Shown here one piece after another: positions 1 to 5,921 of a stretch of 5,921 nucleotides of DNA (positions are counted from its first letter, which is position 1; every line of letters begins with the position of its first letter). Source of the DNA: Escherichia coli (lineage in GTDB: Bacteria; Pseudomonadota; Gammaproteobacteria; Enterobacterales; Enterobacteriaceae). The stretch is taken from the NCBI RefSeq assembly GCF_003334815.1, contig NZ_QOWO01000069.1, one strand, 5' to 3'. The translations under genes were made by a program, and so were the position numbers. Under the pieces are notes generated by a model, which did not search any database, was not told the DNA's origin, and saw only the letters and a program-made list of their open reading frames with translations.

Positions 1-315
1 GACCCGCCGCAACGACGAAGAGCGCGTGCGCGAAACGGCGTTGCCCCTCACATCCCGGCGGCCTTTTGCCGGGATGCAGGGAGCGCAGGCCACGGCGCGA
101 CAGAGGCGGCGCGACCGGAACGGTCGCTGCAAGCCAGGGGTTTCGCGTCAGGGATGGAAGCCCGTCAGGGCGGAGACAGCTTCGCTGGCTCCGTTCACGA
201 CAGCCCGCCCCGTCAGGGGGACGCCCGGAAAAGGCATAAGCAGGAGAACAACAAAACAGACAGTAATCAGGACAGCAGTAATCAGAGTCAGAACAGGAGG
301 AAAAAGAGAATAATC
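1..315. repeat. Copy A of a ~290-bp direct repeat; candidate Frpo/ssi-type single-stranded-DNA promoter element (begins at the window edge, so may be truncated)
   Basis: Positions 51..270 are identical base for base to 5682..5901 (220 bp); 1..50 matches 5631..5681 with a few substitutions and one indel. Internal dyad symmetry: 51-59/68-76 (9-bp stem), 111-117/121-127 (7-bp stem), 29-36/140-147, and imperfect long-range pairing 37-51/212-225. Purine-rich 3' tail. Functional call is inference from position in an IncF leading region. Confidence 0.6.
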
Positions 316-464
316 AAAGGGAAGGTGATGTGATTTCTGACAGGTCATAAACAGAGAAGGCGGGGGAAAAGAACGGGCGCCGCAGGCGCACGTTCATCCC
401 CGTTCCCGGAGGGAAACGGCCTTCCTGGCAGTCTGGTTGTTCATGCCCGCACAATGCCAGCAAG

Positions 465-570
465 GGGAAAGGGGCCACCGGCGAACCAGCAGCCCCTTTA
501 TAAAGGCGCTTCAGTGCAGTCAGACCAGCATCAGCCCTGAAAAGGCGGGCCTGCGCCCGCCTCCAGGTTG
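465..570 (-). terminator. hok mRNA 3' region: GC hairpin immediately after the hok stop (544-550/555-561) plus terminator-like hairpin (471-476/491-496) followed by T-run on the minus strand; contains the presumed fbi element
   Basis: Minus-strand sequence closely matches the 3' end of the R1 hok mRNA as I recall it. Stem-loops seen directly in the sequence. Confidence 0.5.
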
Positions 571-732
571 CTACTTACCGCCGGATTCGTAAGCCATTGT
601 TGCCGTAACTTCCCTGTATCCGTCCTTCAGCCGGACTTCGCACAGGCGATTCCGGGTCAGGAGTGTGAATATCAACAACGTGCAGCACACGATTAATACG
701 CACCAGATAAGGGCGTTTCCCGGTAGTTTCAT
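571..732 (-). CDS. hok: Hok-family type I toxin (small membrane-depolarising peptide), 53 aa
   Basis: Hand translation of minus strand from ATG at 732 to TAG at 571-573 gives [53 protein letters not shown], which closely resembles R1 Hok (hydrophobic N-terminus, conserved LCE and MAYESG motifs). RBS AAGGAGGAG about 6 nt upstream. Absent from the ORF track because it is under 60 aa. The symbol flmA/srnB is equally possible depending on the plasmid. Confidence 0.85.
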   Translation of the reverse strand: MKLPGNALIWCVLIVCCTLLIFTLLTRNRLCEVRLKDGYREVTATMAYESGGK

Positions 733-790
733 GGTTTACTCCTCCTTGCAATTTGCACGGTAAGAGGCCATACTGACGTGGATGAGACAT
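575..790 (-). CDS. mok: Mok-like overlapping reading frame (translation of hok is coupled to it)
   Basis: 71-aa ORF in a different frame that starts upstream of hok (ATG at 790) and overlaps almost all of hok, ending 4 nt before the hok stop; this is the characteristic mok/hok arrangement. Confidence 0.6.
   Translation of the reverse strand: MSHPRQYGLLPCKLQGGVNHETTGKRPYLVRINRVLHVVDIHTPDPESPVRSPAEGRIQGSYGNNGLRIRR
746..774 (+). promoter_or_regulatory. Candidate sok promoter: -35 TTGCAA (746-751), 17-nt spacer, -10 CATACT (769-774)
   Basis: Plus-strand sigma70-like hexamers opposite the mok translation initiation region, at the position of the sok promoter in R1 hok/sok. The -10 is weak (4 of 6 match). 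Confidence 0.4.
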
Positions 791-845
791 ACAGTGGGCC
801 TCGTGGGTTAATGAAAATTAACTACGGGGCTTTCTGCTTTCTGCC
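780..845 (+). ncRNA. sok: Sok-like antisense RNA (antitoxin of the hok/sok system); ends approximate
   Basis: Inferred from the hok/mok architecture: an antisense RNA of about 64 nt starting just after the candidate promoter and complementary to the hok mRNA leader / mok start. Coordinates estimated, not measured. Confidence 0.4.
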
Positions 846-900
846 ACACGACAGGATAACAAACCACCTTCACGTCATGAGGCAGAAAGCCTCAAGCGCC

Positions 901-940
901 GGGCACATCATAGCCCATATACCTGCACACTGACCACACT
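901..940 (-). promoter_or_regulatory. Candidate hok/mok promoter; -10 TATGAT at 907-912 on the minus strand, transcript 5' end near 900
   Basis: Minus-strand sequence from 900 downward (GGCGCTTGAGGCTTTCTGCCTCATGACGTGAAGGTGG...) matches the 5' end of the R1 hok mRNA as I recall it. TATGAT lies 6 nt upstream of that 5' end. The -35 is not clear. Confidence 0.45.
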
Positions 941-1146
941 CACTTTCCCTGAAAATAATCAGGTCGTTCAGCCAGTTCCCGGGCAATCAGTTCATCCGCA
1001 AACAGTGGTGCATGCCTGTTGATACGTTTCTCCAGATTCCGCCGTCGTACCGCAGCCTTACGTTCTTCGCTCCAGCGGCGCACCGGGCGGTCAGAAATAA
1101 AATCCAGACAGACCGCATACCCTGCTCCGGCAACCCAGCGTGACAT
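940..1146 (-). CDS. Hypothetical small protein (68 aa from ATG at 1146; the track ORF extends to a GTG at 1287 and would overlap the psiA 3' end)
   Basis: Open frame between psiA and the hok promoter. C-terminal part is charged and helix-like (RRWSEERKAAVRRRNLEKRINRH...). No convincing Shine-Dalgarno before ATG 1146. Start and reality both uncertain. Confidence 0.3.
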   Translation of the reverse strand: MSRWVAGAGYAVCLDFISDRPVRRWSEERKAAVRRRNLEKRINRHAPLFADELIARELAERPDYFQGK

Positions 1147-1250
1147 AACGGATGCCGGAGCAGGCTGCCCCGCCTCCACCACTTCTGAAACCAGTTCATG
1201 CTCGCCAGGACAGGGATAAGGCAGTTTCCAGCGCAGTGAGTAACGCCACT

Positions 1251-1970
1251 TCACGCCGCCTCCCGGAGTTTGTTCGGCACCATCCACCGCTCCATCTCAC
1301 GGACGGCATGACCGGCCTCCCTTGCCGCCATACCAGCCTCTGCGGTGACCTGCCAGAATGGCATATCCTGCCACTGCCAGCGTTCCATCCCGGCCAGTGA
1401 CGGAAAACGCTCGCCCCACTGCCAGAACAGGGTTTCCAGGTCATGCTCTGCCACCCGGTCACTCCAGCGTGCATGCCAGCTTCCGACTGTTTCCGGTGAA
1501 TGGAACGCCAGTTCGATTTCTGCCTGAGCAACCAGCGCCTGGTACGCACGGGTTTTCTGCTCTGCCTCCCTCGCCTGCTGACGGCTGTACTTCTGCATGA
1601 CCAGTGCGGATTTATGGCGACTGCGTTCCCTGACACGGAACCGCACTGACGGGAACAACTGCTCTGCTGCATCGCAGGGAAGAGGAAGAAGGCAGACCTC
1701 GCCCTGAGTTTCAATCAGCACATCGACGGCATACAGCCACTGAGAACGGTTGCCGCGCAGTTCTTCTGCGGTCAGGGACGGCATGAAAAATCGCAGGTCA
1801 GACAGCGAAATCCTGCGGCTTCCGTTCAGACAGCGGAAAAACGCCCCCGCATACGGATATTCCGCCAGCGTGTTCCCCTGATGGCGGCGTTTTTCCGTCT
1901 CCGCCACCGCCTGCCATGCGGCCTGTTGCTCTGTGCTGAGGGGAACCAGTGCCTGTGAACGTGCGCTCAT
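1251..1970 (-). CDS. psiA: Plasmid SOS inhibition protein PsiA, 239 aa
   Basis: 239-aa ORF immediately downstream of and translationally coupled to psiB (ATGA overlap at 1967-1970); length and sequence match PsiA of F-like plasmids as recalled. RBS GGAAGGAGG about 6 nt upstream. Confidence 0.9.
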   Translation of the reverse strand: MSARSQALVPLSTEQQAAWQAVAETEKRRHQGNTLAEYPYAGAFFRCLNGSRRISLSDLRFFMPSLTAEELRGNRSQWLYAVDVLIETQGEVCLLPLPCDAAEQLFPSVRFRVRERSRHKSALVMQKYSRQQAREAEQKTRAYQALVAQAEIELAFHSPETVGSWHARWSDRVAEHDLETLFWQWGERFPSLAGMERWQWQDMPFWQVTAEAGMAAREAGHAVREMERWMVPNKLREAA

Positions 1971-2401
1971 ACCTGACCTCCTTCCGCCATCAGGATATGA
2001 ATGATGTCGTTAACGCTGTACCCCTGCGCATTCAGTGATGCCGCCAGTGCCAGTGAATGGCTGACGGCTTCCGGTGCAAACCGCCGCTGTACCTGAACCA
2101 CCGCAAACGGCTCACCACCGGCATTCACCAGAACCAGCACCCAGACCTGAGAGACATCGCCCGGTGAACATAACGCCAGGTGAAAACGTTCGTGGGCAGG
2201 CGTGAAACGGACCTGGACGGGGAAAAATCCGCCAAACTCACTGCCGTACTCGCCGTTCATCGTCCAGTTGTCCGGCGCATCCAGCTCCCGCATCACGGCG
2301 TGTGTCAGCTCACGGCGTTCATCACTTCCGGCAGCCCGGATATCTTCATATTCCTGTGCGCTCATGGTCTGTAATACATTCAGGGTCAGTTCAGTTTTCA
2401 T
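1967..2401 (-). CDS. psiB: Plasmid SOS inhibition protein PsiB (RecA inhibitor), 144 aa
   Basis: Translation from ATG at 2401 ([66 protein letters not shown]...) is near-identical to F-plasmid PsiB as I recall it. The track start at 2404 is a GTG one codon upstream; the ATG has RBS GGGAGA with a 7-nt spacer. Confidence 0.93.
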   Translation of the reverse strand: MKTELTLNVLQTMSAQEYEDIRAAGSDERRELTHAVMRELDAPDNWTMNGEYGSEFGGFFPVQVRFTPAHERFHLALCSPGDVSQVWVLVLVNAGGEPFAVVQVQRRFAPEAVSHSLALAASLNAQGYSVNDIIHILMAEGGQV

Positions 2402-2455
2402 CACGGTATCTCCCTTGCTGCCGCCCCGTCTCCGGCGGGGCGGTGTGGTTGTTCA

Positions 2456-4423
2456 TCAGGCGGCATCGGCCTGGTTGTCACGGTATTCCGTGGTTTCCGT
2501 CTCTGCCTGTGGACGTGGTGTACACATCCAGCCAGGCACCCAGCGGTTGTCTTTCATGTGGAGCTCTGCATGTTCAGCCGCATCGCCTTTCTTCATTTTC
2601 TCCGCGTCCCGCGCAGCACCGGACAGTCCTGCATCATTCAGGGCATCGATAATCTGCGGCTTTTTCAGATGTCCGAAGAAGTTTGCTTTTGTCGGCTGCC
2701 ACCAGTCACGCATGTGGAACCCGATAGCGGTTTCCAGCGAGTCAAGCGGACTGCGTGACGTGTGACCATGCTCGCGAGTCTGGACACCATCCACGGAACA
2801 GGCTGTACAGAAAACCATCAGACTCATCAGAGTCTGTCCGTTAAGCGTGAAGAATGTGGTGAAATCTTTCTGCCAGCCCTCCGGCAACAGAGCCTCCAGA
2901 CGGGCTTTTTCCTGCATCAGACTCAGCCACGCCTGACCTCTCTTTCCACCGGGAGCATCACTTGTCAGCCTTCTGTGATTCTCTTCAATCTGTATCCTGA
3001 ACGGGTGGAGAGTGGTATTGCAGTAATCAAAAACACAACAGCACAATCGCCAGACCATCAGTGCCACTGTTTTTTCAGGTTGATGTATCAGCGCCGCCTG
3101 GACTGCCAGCGTGCGCTCTGAGGACATTTTCGTCAGCAACGGCAGGCTGATTTCCTCCACTGACGCTTTCTCCTGCACCTGTTCCGTGCGGTCAGCGTCG
3201 TCAGCCACGTCATCCTCACTGCGCAACTGCACACCACGCTGGACACACACGTTGCCATAACGCCAGGACACCACCACTCCACCTCCGGCACGCATCTCCG
3301 GCGTCCACGCTCTGACCTTCGCCATGCAGCGCATCAGCTTCATTTCTGCTTCCAGCAGGTCAGATTCCTCACACTGGTTTTCCAGCGCGTCGTAACGCGT
3401 CATCAGTTCGTTCAGGCGTTCTTCTTCCGCCTCCGTCAGCACCGCTTCCGGCTCCGGCAGACAGCGGTATGTTCCGGCATCCTCACGGCACTCACCGACA
3501 GGCTCCATGCGCCCGGCGCACCATTCCCAGCCTTCGGCTTCCCGAAGGTGTTCAGCAACAGCCTGGAGTTTTTCCAGCAGGGCGGCATTGAGCGCCACGC
3601 AGTCCACATAGCCACCTTCGTCGTCGCTGAACAAATCGGTGCGCAGTTCATCTGGCGAGAAGGCATCAGCCCCCACAAAGCGGAATTTACTGTTCCCCGC
3701 CACCGCCACTTCACTTTCGGTCACCAGACGACGAATGGTCTGTACTTCCGGTTTACCGCCCCATCCCGACTGACAGGCGGCTTCAAACACCTGCACCTGA
3801 CGCGCGGTGTCATTCTCCAGCGCCAGCGCCTGACAGTGTTCGGTGGTGATGCGGTCTTCTGCCAGCGCATCGAGGATGACAGGCGCAAGGTCAGCCAGTT
3901 TCAGCATTCGCTGGACATGGCGGGGTGAATAACCCAGCAAGTCACCGATTTGTGCAGGTGTTTTGCCTTCCTGCGCCATTGCGCGGAATCCGGCAATCTG
4001 TTCGGCAGGATGCATATCCCGACGATGACCGTTTTCAGTCATTGATGCGGCAGTCGCCAGCTCCTGCGGAATGACCTTCACACGGACAGGCCAGTCAGCC
4101 GGAAGGATGCCACGCTCTGCCAGCATGTTGAGTGCAGCCAGTCGGCGACCACCTGCGGCGACACCGTAACGCTCACCCGACAGGGCATGAACAACCAGAT
4201 TCTGCAACAGGCCGACGCCCTTAATGGACTCCGCCAGTTCGCTGACGGACTCTGCGGAATACGGCACAGTGCGCACATTCAGCGGTGATTTAATCAGTGA
4301 GGCCAGCGACACGCTCACTTCTTCCGTCTGCGCCAGCAGGGCAGACAGTGCAGTCTCCTGCACTTTTGACGGTTTACGGCTGGATTTACGCCCCGCTTTT
4401 ACCTTAAACTCTGTAACTGACAT
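2456..4423 (-). CDS. ParB/Srx-domain protein of the plasmid leading region (ParB-like nuclease/DNA-binding domain at N-terminus, long uncharacterised C-terminal region), 655 aa
   Basis: 655-aa ORF with ATG at 4423 and RBS AAGGGA. N-terminus carries ParB box motifs (SPLNVR around residues 46-51; GGRRLAAL at residues 91-98, resembling the GERRxRA arginine patch) and a helix-turn-helix-like segment (TPAQIGDLLGYSPRHVQRML). The C-terminal ~400 aa have no motif I recognise. A large ParB-like gene next to ssb is a hallmark of IncF/IncI leading regions. Confidence 0.85.
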   Translation of the reverse strand: MSVTEFKVKAGRKSSRKPSKVQETALSALLAQTEEVSVSLASLIKSPLNVRTVPYSAESVSELAESIKGVGLLQNLVVHALSGERYGVAAGGRRLAALNMLAERGILPADWPVRVKVIPQELATAASMTENGHRRDMHPAEQIAGFRAMAQEGKTPAQIGDLLGYSPRHVQRMLKLADLAPVILDALAEDRITTEHCQALALENDTARQVQVFEAACQSGWGGKPEVQTIRRLVTESEVAVAGNSKFRFVGADAFSPDELRTDLFSDDEGGYVDCVALNAALLEKLQAVAEHLREAEGWEWCAGRMEPVGECREDAGTYRCLPEPEAVLTEAEEERLNELMTRYDALENQCEESDLLEAEMKLMRCMAKVRAWTPEMRAGGGVVVSWRYGNVCVQRGVQLRSEDDVADDADRTEQVQEKASVEEISLPLLTKMSSERTLAVQAALIHQPEKTVALMVWRLCCCVFDYCNTTLHPFRIQIEENHRRLTSDAPGGKRGQAWLSLMQEKARLEALLPEGWQKDFTTFFTLNGQTLMSLMVFCTACSVDGVQTREHGHTSRSPLDSLETAIGFHMRDWWQPTKANFFGHLKKPQIIDALNDAGLSGAARDAEKMKKGDAAEHAELHMKDNRWVPGWMCTPRPQAETETTEYRDNQADAA

Positions 4424-4483
4424 GATTATTCCCTTTATGGTTTAGTTAATGTCTGCCGGACGCCTTCCCGTCCGGCACCTCTC

Positions 4484-4756
<273 letters not shown>

Positions 4757-4774
4757 TTATCACGATCAGCCCGA

Positions 4775-5302
4775 TCAGAACGGAATGTCGTCATCGAAGT
4801 TATACGCGGGTTCAGACGGCTGCTGAGGCTCGGGCTGCGCGGCCTTACGTCCACGGCCTTTCGTTTTCGCGCCTCCTTTTTTCGGTTCCGGCTGTGGTTC
4901 CTGCTGAGGCTGACCGCTGAACTGTTGTGCCTCTTCCGGCTGAGTCTGAGCACCTGCGGCACGTCCCAGCATCTGCATGGTGCCCGTGGTCTTAACAAGA
5001 ATTTCAGTGACGTAACGGGTGATACCGTTATCTTCCCAGCTACGGGTACGGAGTTGCCCCTCGATGTAGACCTGCTCGCCCTTGTGCAGATATTCACCGG
5101 CCACTTCCGCGAGCTTGCCGAACAGCACCACGCGATGCCATTCTGTCTGCTCCCGTATCTCCCCCGTCTGTTTGTCACGCCAGCTTTCTGACGTGGCCAC
5201 CTGCAGGTTTGCCACTGCGCCCCCGTTTGGGATGTAACGGACTTCCGGATCTTTTCCCAGACGACCGACAAGAATGACCTTGTTAATGCCACGAACTGCC
5301 AT
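4775..5302 (-). CDS. ssb: Plasmid-encoded single-stranded DNA-binding protein, 175 aa
   Basis: Translation from ATG at 5302 ([48 protein letters not shown]...[19 protein letters not shown]...) has the SSB OB-fold core, a Gln/Pro-rich linker and the acidic C-terminal tail DDDIPF. Strong RBS AAGGAG 7 nt upstream. The track ORF begins 13 codons upstream (5341), but the RBS-supported ATG is at 5302. Confidence 0.92.
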   Translation of the reverse strand: MAVRGINKVILVGRLGKDPEVRYIPNGGAVANLQVATSESWRDKQTGEIREQTEWHRVVLFGKLAEVAGEYLHKGEQVYIEGQLRTRSWEDNGITRYVTEILVKTTGTMQMLGRAAGAQTQPEEAQQFSGQPQQEPQPEPKKGGAKTKGRGRKAAQPEPQQPSEPAYNFDDDIPF

Positions 5303-5485
5303 GATGTATCTCCTTCTGTTGATGTTTTCAGCCCCCATCATCTTTTGAGTTTCGGGAGCCGCGGTTTTGACGTTTTGCGGGGACCTGCCTTTTGTTCCCT
5401 ACGGTATTCACCATCACCTTTTTGAGAACCTTCGCCGCAAGGGGCATCACTGCCACGGCCTGACGCACCTGTCCTGGGCAGAACG

Positions 5486-5521
5486 CAAAATTTTTTACCG
5501 GGTTCTGGGTAAAAAATTTTG
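5486..5521. repeat. Perfect 14-bp AT-rich inverted repeat (CAAAATTTTTTACC / GGTAAAAAATTTTG) with 8-nt spacer; candidate operator or structured regulatory site upstream of ssb
   Basis: Arms 5486-5499 and 5508-5521 are exact reverse complements; an extra C-G pair at 5484/5523. No flanking T-run on either strand, so unlikely to be an intrinsic terminator. Confidence 0.6.
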
Positions 5522-5630
5522 TGGGCTGTTCATTTACCCTGGACAGTCAGTGCGGCAGGTTGTGGCTGTATCAGCCCCCGGCGACAGGGGCTTAAACAGG
5601 TGAATGGCACCGGACACAACAACGGGCAGG

Positions 5631-5921
5631 GACCCGCCGCAACGACGTGAAGCGCGGTTTGCGAAACGGCGTTGCGCCTTACATCCCGGCGGCCTTTTGC
5701 CGGGATGCAGGGAGCGCAGGCCACGGCGCGACAGAGGCGGCGCGACCGGAACGGTCGCTGCAAGCCAGGGGTTTCGCGTCAGGGATGGAAGCCCGTCAGG
5801 GCGGAGACAGCTTCGCTGGCTCCGTTCACGACAGCCCGCCCCGTCAGGGGGACGCCCGGAAAAGGCATAAGCAGGAGAACAACAAAACAGACAGTAATCA
5901 GAGCAGCAGAAAAAAGAAGAA
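5631..5921. repeat. Copy B of the ~290-bp direct repeat; candidate Frpo/ssi-type single-stranded-DNA promoter upstream of the ssb operon (runs to the window end, so may be truncated)
   Basis: 5682..5901 is identical to 51..270; flanks diverge. Begins about 330 nt upstream (minus-strand sense) of the ssb start codon. Same internal hairpins as copy A. Confidence 0.6.

Noticed and set aside
26-313. 95-aa plus-strand ORF and the 66-aa minus-strand ORF (148..348) inside repeat copy A
   Set aside because: Both lie within the structured repeat; the minus-strand product is hydrophobic only because it is read from the complement of a polypurine tract. No RBS, and an equivalent frame is not preserved in copy B.
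544-561. GC hairpin right after the hok stop as the hok terminator
   Set aside because: The homologous R1 transcript, as I recall it, continues past this hairpin to a second hairpin plus T-run near 468..496, so this is more likely an internal 3' UTR structure.
1196-1714. 172-aa minus-strand ORF, and plus-strand ORFs 1152..1400, 1345..1527, 1358..1600 and 1019..1219
   Set aside because: All overlap psiA or the small ORF in other frames or antisense; products are arginine/serine-rich low-complexity. psiA is the well-supported frame.
2180-3928. Plus-strand ORFs antisense to psiB and the ParB-like gene (2180..2374, 2202..2765, 2302..2652, 2558..2758, 2762..3121, 3548..3928) and minus-strand 3436..3714
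   Set aside because: Embedded in the 655-aa ParB-like frame or in psiB; no start context; products look like typical antisense artefacts of a GC-rich gene.
4078-4445. ORFs 4078..4278 (minus) and 4224..4445 (plus)
   Set aside because: Alternative-frame or antisense overlaps with the 5' end of the ParB-like gene; no independent support.
5367-5400. Plus-strand TTGACG at 5367-5372 as a rightward promoter
   Set aside because: No acceptable -10 hexamer at 16-18 bp spacing and no plus-strand gene downstream.
5367-5870. ORFs 5367..5603 (plus), 5530..5763 (minus) and 5604..5870 (plus)
   Set aside because: Fall in the ssb upstream region and repeat copy B; no RBS; reading through a hairpin-rich repeat. 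More likely non-coding.

Overview
This window reads as the leading region of an IncF-type (F/R100-like) conjugative plasmid from Enterobacteriaceae. All convincing genes lie on the minus strand, in transcription order ssb -> small DUF905-like ORF -> 655-aa ParB-like protein -> psiB -> psiA (psiB/psiA overlap by ATGA) -> a possible small ORF -> a hok/mok/sok type I toxin-antitoxin locus. The hok gene (53 aa) is below the ORF-track size cut-off and was found by hand translation. The gene block is bracketed by two copies of a ~290-bp direct repeat (1..315 and 5631..5921) with a 220-bp perfectly identical core and internal dyad symmetry; I interpret these as Frpo/ssi-type single-stranded-DNA promoter elements, but that assignment is from memory of the family, not from a search. 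The most interesting open items are the ParB-like protein with a long uncharacterised C-terminal region, the DUF905-like ORF, the repeat elements, a perfect AT-rich palindrome upstream of ssb, and a GC-rich hairpin in each intergenic gap. All product calls rest on recalled family sequences and motifs; no database search was run.
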